NCBI GenBank assembly: GCA_964016885.1
Contig: OZ024744.1
Span: 71,734,001-71,798,000, forward strand
Direction: 5' to 3'
Source of the DNA: Eledone cirrhosa
Taxonomy: Eukaryota
DNA: 64,000 nucleotides
Below the pieces are notes generated by a model. The model did no database searches. It saw only the letters and a list, made by a program, of their open reading frames with translations, and was not told where the DNA came from. The first letter of the stretch is position 1; each line of letters starts with the position of its first letter. A program made the position numbers and the translations under genes. Shown here in pieces: positions 12,211-23,689 of this stretch.

Positions 12211-12949
12211 ACGTGTGTACGAAGCTAAGAGGAAATGTGTGTGTATATGTGAGTAAAAGAGTGTGTTATGTACGAAGCTATGAGCAAAAATATGTTAATA
12301 TAAGAGGGTGTGTATGTGTGTATAGAGAGCAGTGAAGGGAAAAGTGGAGTGAGCATATATAGTCGGCATGTATTAGTTGTAAGAGAAGCTGCTAATGATC
12401 AAGAGAAAGCGATAGGAATCTAGGGGTGTGATAATGGACGGGGTATTAGAGAAATTGGGGAGGTCAGTTGAGTCCAAGAGGGGAATAGGACCCAATGCGG
12501 TGAATCAGACCTGGTCCATAAAAGAACACCCAGGACTGAAACATGTAGGGAATAATGACCAGGAGAACAGAAATGACGGGCAACAGGAGTATCCAAACCG
12601 AGTTACAAGTCCCTCAAATGCTCGGCAAAACGACCCGCCATATCTATATAGAGAGAGAGGGAGAGAGAGAGAGAGAGAGTAAGAGAGAGAATTAGACGAG
12701 ATATGGTATGGATAGCGGAAGACAGAGGAAAGAACATCTATAGAGAATGAACTAAAGAAAGAAATAAGGAATGGTCACTAATAGAGAGTAAGTTGAAAAT
12801 AAACAAATAAATACAATGACGCTACTAAAGACGCTAATTGTATTAGGTTGAAATAATATATCTCAGTCCAAAATAAATTGTATTGATTTGCACAATATAT
12901 CATGTGACGCTAAACTCCACCAGTTGCAGACTGCGAATCAACATGTGAT

Positions 12950-13195
12950 ATCTCTCTCTACAAAGTTCGATCCCCAGTAGCAGAGTTTAAAGAGCAAACA
13001 TCAAGTCCAGTCCATAAGTTGACATTATCAAGCCATCGTTTTGGCTGCTGGCCTCTGCTTCTCTTACCAGCCAACCTTCCTTCCAGGCATAACCTACTCA
13101 CACCACGAGTTAATCTTTTTATATGACCGTATAGTTTGAGTACTCTTGACTTGACAATTTATGTAATTGGTCTAAGTCTGGTAATGTTGAACAGT
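12950..13195 (-). mobile_element. RTE-clade LINE 3' fragment
   Basis: Minus translation VKSRVLKLYGHIKR...LEGRLAGKRSRGQQPKRWLDNV, a typical RTE C-terminus. Confidence 0.75.
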
Positions 13196-13404
13196 ATATT
13201 TCAACATAAGCAAATAAAAACAGTACTAACTACAGAAAGTAGAGTTACATTGAATATTGAAGTGTCTTTTGTGGTAATGAAAACGTAAAAGGGAAGGAAA
13301 AGCAAAGGCTCTAGTGTCATAGAAGAATGGGGAGAGAGAAGAGGGAGGGTGATGGGCTCTGGGTGGCTAGGGCACGGCGGTATTGGGGCATTCCTGCGGA
13401 CATG

Positions 13405-14110
13405 AAACAAAAACCATTAGAATCTACACATTTTTGACAACAGGATAAAAACATATAATACTGAAGTTCTGGAGGCGATGAATTCTTCGAAGGTATATTT
13501 CTTGCGGATGTTTGGTTGTTGAAGAATTTTTTTGCAAGGATTTTATTTGTCGAAATGCTTGGAAAAGTGATAGTCGGGTGACGAATGATCCGTTAAGTGT
13601 GCTGGATGAGGCAGCGTTTCGTAGCTCAAGCTGATCACCTTCTTGAGCGTTGGTTGGCGATGTGTAGTCGAGAATTGTGTTGCAAGAGGATTGATCAATG
13701 CTGAACACATACGGTAGGCGTTTTGTTAATTTAATTAATTTCGTGACAATATGTCTCCAGGATTCAGAAAGCTGTAGTGGATTAATTTGGCTGTTGACCA
13801 CAAAACAGTCATAATAACCTTCATTTGGTGCAACATATGTTTTGTAAAGTGTTTAGGAACTTCATTTCTGGCCAACTGAATGTCGTCGATTGTTTGTTTA
13901 GAATCCACTTTTCATTGGAAGTTACATTGCGGTAAGAAATTGATCGTTTTTGTGACACAAAAGCAGAAAAAGAGCAGTCTTCATAGTTTGCTCTTCATTT
14001 AATTTGTCAAGTTTCTTCGACTTTCCAATCCGGTTCAAATGTTCAGAAATTGTTCTTATGCAAAATTTCGAACAGTTGTGCAAAGATCTGGTTTTCGTCG
14101 TCAATTTCAA
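13405..14110 (-). pseudogene. Decayed mariner transposase
   Basis: ISEHLNRIGKSKKLDK, (D/N)EKWI, HQMKVIMTVLW..IHYSFLNPG and a terminal QKCVDSNG, with frameshifts. Confidence 0.85.
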
Positions 14111-14254
14111 TCAGAAATAGTTTTGGAAAGAATTTGGTTTTGACTAGTTCAAAGATGTGGGAATGCAATTTTACACACTTGTGTGGGTATCTATTCTTAA
14201 AAAAGTGTTAAAACAAATAAAAACGTAAAACGTACATTGATTTCTGAACAAAAT

Positions 14255-14730
14255 ATTAGTGTGGTTAATTTTATTAGCGTATGATGAATTCTACCAATGT
14301 GTGGCTAAATGTACTATTGTGTGACTAATTGTACTAGTGCGTGGCTAAAACTGTTAGTGTGTGATTAATTGTACTAGTTATTGACTAGTTATATTAGTGC
14401 TGTTAATTGTATTAATATGTAACAAATTCTACTAGTGTGTGACTAATTAAAACGTTAATTATATTAGTGTTTGATTTATTGTACTAGTGTGTGACTAATT
14501 GTACTAACGTGTGGTTAAGTGTACTAGTGTGAGGTCAAGCTACTAGTGAGTGCTTAATTGTATTAGTGTCTGACTATTTGTACTAGTGTATGACTAATTG
14601 TATTAGTATATTACTAATTATTCTAGTGCGTAGTTAATTGTAGTTGTGTGTGGTTAATTATACTAGTGTATGACCAACTGTACTAGTCTATGACTAATTA
14701 TTCTAGTGTGTGAATAATTGTACTAATGTT
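14255..14730. repeat. Degenerate ~21-bp minisatellite (consensus ~TTGTACTAGTGTGTGACTAAT)
   Basis: About 20 imperfect units built around ACTAGT and CTAATT. Confidence 0.9.
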
Positions 14731-15534
14731 TCTCCATTTGCCTGACCGATACCAACTCTATTAGTGAACATTCAACTAGTGAGTATCCACTTGCTAGAAA
14801 TAACAGCTACATTTTCAATTGGACATTTTACTGTGTACAATTCTCAATGAAGTTATATCGCAGCACGAGACACACAAATATGAGCAGTGATACCATGCAC
14901 AAGGCAGCAATACATTTATGCTGCTACTCTAGTATGGCAACATCCGGAGGGATGGAACCAGTAAATAGTAACATTTTTATATCGAAACTACTAAAATATA
15001 ATTAAATAGATTAAGAATGTCTGGGAGCATGAAATCTATTAAACAAGAAGCATCGGGTTCGTTTCTTATTTGCGTTATCATGTGCAAAACACTTCACATT
15101 GGAGTTAAGAATTGAAATTTGCTGCGTTTAAAGCGCGGACGTGTTTCAAATAGAGATTGGGCGTGACATAAAGCTCATATTACTTCATACTCTAGTTGAT
15201 ATTAACGATCCGTATAATCTAAAAAGCTGTTACTACACTAATCTAACCTCACATTTTTATGGTGTGTAGATTAATTTGTAAAATATATAATATATGTAGA
15301 CAATAAAACTTAGTTGAAGTCGCTCGGATTCGACAGGGTTCCTCAGTAAATATTGATTTCTTCTCAACAGACAGGAAATTGATTATAGGAAAAGGGTAAA
15401 TATTTCTAAAGGAAAGGCGGGAATTAGTAGTTCTAATATACACGCTGTCTGCAACATTATTTATGAGTTGCTAATTCTTTACGTAAAATATGTTTTAATA
15501 TTGCCTTTTGCACTGTCATTTGTTACGCGTGAAG

Positions 15535-15712
15535 GAACATGACTTAGCGGTTGGTGTGTTTGGCTCACAATCGACATGATTTTGATTCCTGGAGGCGCGT
15601 TTTGTCTTTGCTTAAGGCATTTTATTTCATGTTGCTCTAGATTTCTCTTTTGGATAACACTGTGTCACGCTGAGACTCCCTGAAAACGAGGTTAAGGCTA
15701 AACGTATCTGTG
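15535..15712 (+). mobile_element. Decayed, internally deleted SINE of the second family
   Basis: Similar to the reverse complement of 10090-10330. Confidence 0.55.
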
Positions 15713-15796
15713 GAATAAATATGAAATAAGAAGAAAGTGTTATAACCGTACTGAATTGGAAAGCAATTGTTGCTTAAAGACCGTATATACATATAT

Positions 15797-16480
15797 ACGG
15801 CCTTGGCAAAAAGAGTTAGGCAATTAAAGGAAAAATGAGTCGCACATAAGTTTACTTGGAATGTTTTTGAAAGGTCCAGATCTTATACTAACGGTACGAA
15901 GGTTTGCTGTCTCTGCCTCAGCGAACAATTTATGATATTACAATGTTTGTGGTCTCCGAACAATAATTACTTGAAATCTAAGAACTAAATTTTTTGGAAG
16001 ATGTTTAAATCTCGGAGGCCAAATCCTTGCTAAGTAGAAACACTTAATGACTTCAACTGAATTTCAACCACTTTAATATTGATTTCTATACTTTCTTAAT
16101 AACTTTTCTTTTTCCACATATACATAATGCGGCCCACCTTCTATGCCACTCGATTCCATAGCTAAATAGATATAAACATCTCTATATTACATACCACCAC
16201 ATAATAGCATACATCTGTTATATTGCGGATACACTTATACACAAACACCTACTTTGACATTTCAATTTACATGTTTGTTATACTACTCTTTCATACAGAA
16301 GCATTCAACACGCTATATTTTTTATGGTGTCTTCAAACTCATCTAAGCGTCTGGTGACTAGGTCACAAACTTAATCCCTCTTACAATCCAGAGAGATGGT
16401 CAAAATTAGACCTTCAAACGTTAAGTAGCGCTTTTGTAGCGCTTCAAACGTTAAGTAGCGTCTATGAGCATAAATATATA
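15797..16480 (+). mobile_element. Naiad-like Penelope element 3' remnant (GIY-YIG C-terminus plus pLTR)
   Basis: Translation TALAKRVRQLKEK*VAHKFTW...YTNGTKVCCLCLSEQFMIL parallels TKLASHVW...YARGNATCGLCIDERITIL at 61654-61983; decayed HHR downstream. Confidence 0.7.
16345..16433 (+). ncRNA. Decayed hammerhead ribozyme, family K (pLTR of the 15797 remnant)
   Basis: AAGCGT-CTGGTGA-CT-AGGTC...GACCT-T-CAAA-CGTTAAG-TA-GCGCTT; 6-bp stem I and 5-bp stem II are kept, with two core substitutions. Confidence 0.55.
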
Positions 16481-16523
16481 TATGATATAATATAATATAT
16501 CGAGACAACACCTTATATATGTG

Positions 16524-16560
<37 letters not shown>

Positions 16561-16586
16561 CAAGACTTCAATTTCATTTTCAATTT

Positions 16587-16679
<93 letters not shown>

Positions 16680-16744
16680 AGAAAAAATTCGCTCTACATG
16701 GCTGAATACAATAAATGTAATCTGAGTTTTTCGAATATTAATAA

Positions 16745-16929
16745 TTGTTTCTACTTTAGGCACAAGGCCAGCAATTACGCAGTACATTACTGGTACTTTA
16801 TTTTATCCACCCCATAAGGATGAAAGGCAAAGTCAACCCCGGCGGGATTTGAACTCAGATCGTAAAGGGACGTAACTATGCTGGAAAGCATGGCGTCCGA
16901 CCCTCTACCGATACTGCCAATCCACCGCC
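16745..16929 (-). mobile_element. Main SINE, full length
   Basis: Complete head, core and tail; 18-bp TSD attattaatattcgaaaa. Confidence 0.92.
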
Positions 16930-17140
16930 CTTTTCGAATATTAATAATAACATTCGATTCGTTTGCAATTATGTAAGCAAGCCTCAATTTTAAAGCCATG
17001 TCAGTAGAATGAACCCTTCATTCTTGCTCTTGTGTTGGCATGTAAACAGAAATAGGCTAATCAGGCCGATCAGTCACTGTATATTTTAGAAAATAGCATA
17101 TATTTTCACTAACTCTGATAGTTAGCAGGTGAACAGTAAG

Positions 17141-17184
17141 CTGTACTGATGAAGGGTGATACCTAGAAACATTAGTATCTGCAG
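17141..17184 (+). ncRNA. Type-I hammerhead ribozyme, family D copy 1
   Basis: CTGTA-CTGATGA-A-GGGT(GAT)ACCT-A-GAAA-CATTAGTA-TC-TGCAG. Confidence 0.8.
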
Positions 17185-17356
17185 TTCTGTTTACATGCCA
17201 ACACAAGAGAAACAATGAAGGGTTCATTCTACCGACATGATTTAAAATTGAGGCTTGTTTGCATAATTGCAAACGAATCGAATGTTATTAATAATATTCG
17301 AAAATTATTATTATTATTATTAATTATTGTGCCTAACGTAGAAACAATTATTATTC

Positions 17357-17765
17357 GGTGAATTGGCAGTATCGGTAGAGGGTTGGATTATGCTTTCCAG
17401 CATAGTTACGTCCCTTTACGATCTGAGTTCAATTCCCGCCGAGGTTAACTTTGCCTTTCATCCTTACGGGGTCGATAAAATAAAGTACCAGTAATGTACT
17501 GGAATAATTGCTGGCCTTGTGCCAAAAAGTAGAAACAATTATTAATTATTAAAATTATTATTAATATTCGAAAAGGCTTGTGGATTGGCAGTATCGGTAG
17601 AGGGTCGGAGGCCATGCTTTGACGCATAGAGTTACGGCCCTTGCCATTCTGAGTTCAAATCCCGCCGAGGTTAACTTTGCCTTTCATCCTTACGGGGTCT
17701 ATAAAATAAAGTACCAGTAATACACTGGGTGAATGCTGGCCTTGTGCCAAAAGTAGAAACAATTA
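17357..17765 (+). mobile_element. Two tandem full-length main SINEs (17357-17540, 17579-17765)
   Basis: Complete head, core and tail; two distinguishable subtypes. Confidence 0.92.
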
Positions 17766-18047
17766 TTAATATTCGAAAAACTCAGATTACATTTATAGCC
17801 ATGTAGAGCGAAATTTTTCTTTTTTTATTTGAATGTGGCAAAGCCGGCTATTTATCGCTCGTATACAGGAAACTGACTGGGCAGTCTGCTGATATGTAAA
17901 TTTGGCTGATCAGTGGATCTGCTAATATGCAGATCTGACTGATCGGCCAGTATGCTAATATGCAAATCAGGCCGATCAGTCACTGTATATTTTAGAAAAT
18001 AGCATATATTTCCACTAGCTCTGACAGTTTGGCAGGTGAACAGTGAG

Positions 18048-18091
18048 CTGTACTGATAAAGGGTGATACCCAGAAACATTAGTGTCTGCAG
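18048..18091 (+). ncRNA. Type-I hammerhead ribozyme, family D copy 2
   Basis: CTGTA-CTGATAA-A-GGGT(GAT)ACCC-A-GAAA-CATTAGTG-TC-TGCAG; its mutations differ from those of copy 1, so the consensus is intact. Confidence 0.75.
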
Positions 18092-18204
18092 TTCTGTTTA
18101 CATGCCAACACAAGAGCAAGAATGAAGGGTTCATTCTCTGACACAATTTAAAATTGAGGCTTATTTGAATAATTGCAAAGGAATCGAATGTTATTATTAA
18201 TAAC

Positions 18205-18392
18205 GGTGGATTGGCAGTATCGGTAGAGGGTCGGACGCCATGCTTTGCACCATAGAGTTACGGCCCTTGCCATTCTGAGTTCAAATCCCGCCGAGGTTAA
18301 CTTTGCCTTTCATCCTTACGTGGTCGATAAAATAAAGTACCAGTAATACACTGGGTAATTGTTGGCCTTGTGCCAAAAAAGTAGAAACAATT
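18205..18392 (+). mobile_element. Main SINE, full length
   Basis: Complete head, core and tail; TSD attattaata. Confidence 0.92.
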
Positions 18393-18421
18393 ATTAATAT
18401 TCGAAAAACTTAGATTACATT

Positions 18422-18454
<33 letters not shown>

Positions 18455-18458
<4 letters not shown>

Positions 18459-18736
18459 GAGTCCGTAGGCGGTATGCCGGTTGAGCACTCGATGCTCATG
18501 CAGTGCAGAGTATAATACAATAAGGATAAGGAACAAAGAATCAGTGTTGCATCATAACATATTTAATAACATATTACATATGTTTCACTATCGATCAGCT
18601 CAAGACGAAATCTGACGACCTTTCGATTACAGAGTCAGGTTCGGTCTTGCCTCGAGCTGATCCTTAGTGAAACATATGTAATATGTTATTAAATATGTTA
18701 TGATGCAACACTGAATCCTTGTTCCTTATCCTTATA

Positions 18737-18740
<4 letters not shown>
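18455..18740 (+). mobile_element. (TA)n-flanked fold-back HHR element, family E copy 1
   Basis: ~90-bp inverted arms (18512-18603 / 18652-18740); homologous to 55688-55945. Confidence 0.8.
18604..18687 (+). ncRNA. Hammerhead-like motif, family E copy 1
   Basis: CTGACGA (18612)...GAAA-CATATG-TA-ATATGTT. Stem I is imperfect; the call is supported by the cleaner homolog at 55814. Confidence 0.6.
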
Positions 18741-18770
<30 letters not shown>

Positions 18771-18974
18771 AGGGAGTGTAACGTGAAGCTACTGTAGGTT
18801 CACTCAGATGAGCACTCTATATTTAGATTCACGTCTGTAGCGAGGTGTAGAGCTAAAAAGAGTGTAAATATAATAATACAAGGATGATTTGTTATGCCTT
18901 CATTACGTTTATTGATGGTGACGCACGATTCGCTCAAAACACTCAGCCACTTGCATACAAACACAGTGAAACAA

Positions 18975-19122
<148 letters not shown>

Positions 19123-19889
19123 CATACTTATATATATATTGACCACCGACAAATATTTTTGTTTCACGTAGCTCATACATTTAGAATTTCCTATATTGCT
19201 TTGCGAAAGTCACAAACAAATATGGGTCTACGTCCTCACGTTTCTCACCATGAACTGAATTTCTTTCTCTGGTTTACTGGCACCAATATATAAATCAAGA
19301 TGTACTATATAAGTTCAGATGATCTCTTCCCTTTCCCGTTCGGAATACCATACTTACTTCATGCCTTTAACTTCACTCTATACACATTTGTCTTGCTATG
19401 TATAAAAACATTTCTCTACGATGTCTTCCACGAAAGCCACGCTGAAACCAACCTTAATTTCTTTTTCTAATTTTTTAATCAGAAAGGTATATCACCAACT
19501 TCCGACATCTTTATTCTACAAACTCATTTGGCAGAGCAGCGTATTTCTTCGTCAATTCTTTGCTCTCTGTTCTTTATATCGAACATTTCGATAATTTTGC
19601 TCTTTTGGTCGTCGTTGATGTAGGCAAATATACGCGTTGTACTGTCGCTTATCACATTTTTTTTACGGTATAGTCAGATGAAGAAGACTCATACTCATCA
19701 CTCCCCACTTTTTATTTCAGATTGGTGGGTGGAAGGGAGAAAATTGTTCTCTGATTGATCGAAGACCAGGTCTGAATTCTTGCCAACGCACCCTAAACAC
19801 TTCGTTCATTGTCAATCGTTCATTGTCAATCGTTCATTGTCAAAGATCTGATAGTGTGTACAAAATGGGAGCTAGTGTATGCGTATCGG

Positions 19890-20621
19890 AAAGGCTTGCC
19901 TTGTGTCTTGAGGTCGCTTTTCAAGTGATTTTATTTCCAGGACGTCTCCAGGCCACGAACATTCACATCCTACACTTACAATCGCTATGTTGGCTGGCTG
20001 GTCGAGAAAGCGGAGGGGGCTACATACCATTTGGACTCTGTTGGAGATCGGATGGTTCAATCTCCATGTTTAGTGGGGTTTCTTTTGGACACCCTTTAAA
20101 AGCCTGCTCGAGGATCCCCACGTCAAAGGGGTACTCTCCCTAATGCGTTTGCAAGTATATATTGCCATTCGTAGCATTATAAGTGTTTGTGACACATTGA
20201 CGGTACTGGTGGTAAATATCTCCCCTTCTCTGTCAATCTCTCTGCTTCGTGCTATGAAGGCCATCAATTCTTTCTTGGCTCTTAGTACAAATTAGAAGTT
20301 TGGTGTCCGTGTGGTTCATTGTTGCGGTAGTATGTCTTCGTTTGTTTGGTTGTGCTGTTGGTGGTAGCCGTGGTAGTATTGGTGGATGTGGTGCTGGTGT
20401 TGTGGATGTGTCTGTGTTTCATGTGTGTGTGGTATCTGCGTTTTCTCTTGCGTGTATATGTGTGATGCTGGATGTTTTTTTCTTGTACTTTCTCTTTTTT
20501 CTGTCTTTTTTTTTTGCTTTTGGGGGTTCCCTCTCATCTTTACTGCGAACTGACGAGGTCTAGGTGTCTGTTTAGGGTATGTTTTTGTGGGTGTCTATGT
20601 GTGTCTTTGTGGTTTGAGGAG

Positions 20622-20696
<75 letters not shown>

Positions 20697-20729
20697 CACA
20701 CACACACAGAAGGAGATAGAGGGAGATAG

Positions 20730-20789
<60 letters not shown>

Positions 20790-22030
20790 AAGAGAGAGGG
20801 AGGGATAGAGATTTTATCAGTCTTCTTGTGTGGTTCTGTAGTCAGCGGGGAGAGTTCAGTAGCTGCTGTTGGTAGTGTTGTTGGTGTTGTTGGTGCTGTA
20901 TTTGCTGCTGTTGGTGTTGTTGGCTCCTGTGTTGCTCACAGTTGTTGTCTCAGCACTGGTGTTGCCAGCAACGGAGGGCTGCTGGATCCTACATTTTTCA
21001 ACTGAGGGCAGAAGGGTCATATGTGGGTTGATTCCTCGCAGACGTAGCAGTGTGGCCTTCTTCCCCCAGTGACCACTTAAATCTCGGTGCGGGATGTTTT
21101 TAAGGTTTTTAGGTTTGATGTGGAGAAACAAATCTTCAAACCAGTCCCCCCAAGACCAATTATCTCTCTCTCCGGGTCTTTTTCACGTCGAGGAGGGTAT
21201 CGCTACTCTCCACTATCATGCACCCCAGGAGCCACCATATATTCAATCCTGGTGGGATTCTGGGAGTGCGGATCTTCATGGCCTTTCTACCCGTGTAGGA
21301 AGGGTACATGATTATTTGGTCGGTTTTTCAGGATATCACCGAGATGCCGTCAAACTGTTTGTCCTTTGCTATATGCTCCACGTCTTTGCTATGTGCTCCA
21401 TGTATGATGCATTTTAGCGCTGCCTCCATTTGGAGAGCCAACTCTGCTTTTCGCGATTTAACTGAAATTCATCTTTAATTGATGATTCTCCTCCCTGTTG
21501 CTGTTATCCCCTCGACTGGAACACTTAGGTTAATCCAGGTTTTCTCCCTGTTAATTATTTTGAGTGCATAGATCAAACGTGCATCTTTGTCTGAAATATT
21601 AAAATTTAATATTCTTTGGATTTTCCGGCAGAGGCTACAAATGTACTGTTGTTGTTGTTCACGCTGTCCTTTTTGTGTTGTCGTCGTCGTCGTCGTTGTT
21701 GTTGTTGTTGTTGCTGATGGCGGTGTCGTCGTTGCTGTTGTTGTTGCTGTTTTTCTTTTCATTTCCATTGTTGTTGTTGCTGTTGTTTTCGCTTGTTTTG
21801 TTGTTTTTGTTGCTTTTATTGTTACTGCTGCTGCTGTTGTTGTTGTTTTTTGTTCTGGTGACGGTGTTTGTAGTGGTGGTAATGGTAAGACTGGTGACAT
21901 TGGTGGTAGTGGGAGTGGTAACGCTCGTCTCCTCCTTTGAGTCGCTGTCACGTGAGAGATGCTTCAAGGTGAGGAGGTGTATTCTGTTCCTTTTTTTTTC
22001 GCTTGTAGTCGTATTATCACCAAGATTAAA
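19890..22030 (-). mobile_element. Decayed Tx1-like LINE 5' half (ORF1 and the start of ORF2), containing a (GA)n tract
   Basis: Minus translation GRRPHCYVCEESTHI*PFCPQ matches the ORF1 knuckle GRRPRCVVCGEGTHLRAFCPQ near 27860; ORF2 start (I)AIVSVGC-NVRGLETSWK at ~19990. Confidence 0.8.
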
Positions 22031-22064
22031 GTTCAAATAATAGTAATCTAGGTTCAAATAATGG

Positions 22065-22290
22065 TTTCTGAGTCAGGCAAAAGGCCAACAATTCAACGAT
22101 TTTTGCAGGGAAATGGAAAGTCGATTATATCGGCCCTAGTGTGTTACTGGTATTTTATCTTATCGACCTCGTCAGGATGGAAGGCAAAGCTAACTTCGAT
22201 GGAATTTGAACACAAAATGTAAAGGGCCGTAACTCTATGCTGCAAAGCATATTGTCCGACGCTCCACCGATATTGCTAATTTACTTCCCT
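22065..22290 (-). mobile_element. Older full-length SINE copy
   Basis: Head, B-box, core and tail tcagaaaccattatt on the minus strand. Confidence 0.8.
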
Positions 22291-23431
22291 CATCTAGGTT
22301 TAAATAATAATAATATAGGGCACATACATAAACTTTTTCAAATAAAAATAATGATTGAAAATAAACTTGAGTAGAGAGGTTTCGTCTTTTTTATACAACT
22401 TGCAACAGTTGAACTGTAGGAAACATTATGAGTCCGTAACAAATATGTCACCCAGGCGTAAGAGAGTAAACAAGTGACTTGCTTGACCATTGCCAAAACT
22501 GCAGGGGCTTTTCTTGTGGGCTCTAAAAACAGCTGGAGGCAGTTCTCATGGATTAGGTGAGAGAAGGAATATGACATAATGTATATATGTTGTTTTTTTT
22601 AATCTGGGAACGGCGAGAAGAGATAAGCTCAGTTAGGACGTCAAACGTCTACACATATAATGATCCCACAATATTTGAGATGAAAGAATATGGTAAAAGA
22701 CATCAAACACAACACTGGTCTCTGGTTTATTATACATTCGTAGCACAGTACGAGTGGGTGATCAGCATTGAGATGACTTTATATGTTCTGTATCAACATA
22801 GAAATTCCCATTACCACCAATACTACATAATAATCCTGCAGCTGTACTGTGTAATGAGTACCGAGAGAAAAGCCCTACAACCTTTCGTCTAGGGTAGCAA
22901 GTCCATACGGCGGTATATATAATTTAAAGTATTTCTACCGAAACGAAAAGAAAAAAAAACAACGTAAAGGTTGACTGAAATAAAATAACAGCAATAGCAA
23001 CAAATCGCCTCATACCCGGATCCAGAGGCCGACACGGAGGGTGCAGAATTCTATCTCTCAGCTATAATCAGCAGCACCGCCAATCATCTTGCGTCAATGA
23101 AAAGGAAAGTAGGCAGAAATGTCAGACTGCCAGAAACAGCGAAAACGACAAAGAAAGTAAAAATGTACATTTAAGACGAAAAAAAAAAAAAAAATGGCGC
23201 AGTTAAAGTTAACGCAAAAATGTGTAAAACGAAACCTTCTTTCCACCACGCTGAAATGATGCTCAATGCTCTTTACACAATGACTGAAACATTGATGAAG
23301 GGAATATTAAATACTAGAATTTTTCAACATGCTGATGCATATGTATATATGTGCGTGTGCGCGCGCGTATGTGTATGTAGATTGTACTCACAAGTGTAAT
23401 GAATGTTAGATGCTGTTTTCTGTAGTTTGTA

Positions 23432-23643
23432 ATCACCCCTTCCTTCTTCAGTCATCTATAGTGTGTGACGTCATCAACTCTTCCTTCCTCAGACACTTAT
23501 AGTGCGTGACGTTATCACCACTTCCTTCCTCAGTCATCTCTAGTGCGTAACGTCATCACCCTTCCTTCCTCAATCATCTCTAGTGCGTGACGTCATCATC
23601 CCTTCCTCTCCAAATCATCTCTAGTGCGTAACGTCATCATTCC
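23432..23643. repeat. ~41-bp minisatellite, about 5 units
   Basis: Unit ~CGTCATCACCCTTCCTTCCTCAGTCATCTCTAGTGCGTGA. Confidence 0.92.
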
Positions 23644-23689
23644 GCCCAGTCTAATGTTTTCTTGATCTCAAACGTGTGGGGCTAATACA

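Larger units (their letters stand above)
16675..18425 (+). mobile_element. (TA)n-flanked HHR element, family D: tandem ~440-nt monomers plus an inverted segment (16675-17050), with SINEs inserted
   Basis: 17057-17300 is repeated at 17963-18200; 16675-17050 is the reverse complement of the sequence downstream of 17184. Confidence 0.85.

Noticed and set aside
18811-18880. CAGATGA-GCACTCT...AGAGTGT-AAA, a possible decayed HHR
   Set aside because: There is a good stem II-like helix, but both core halves are mutated and stems I and III are not recoverable.
22430-22580. Possible H/ACA snoRNA or coding exon
   Set aside because: ANANNA and ACA boxes are too short to be significant, the first hairpin is unconvincing, and the plus-strand frames contain stops.
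23432-23643. Regularly spaced repeats as a CRISPR-like array; CTGAGGA on the minus strand as an HHR core
   Set aside because: The units are contiguous with no unique spacers, the context is eukaryotic, and there is no GAAA half.
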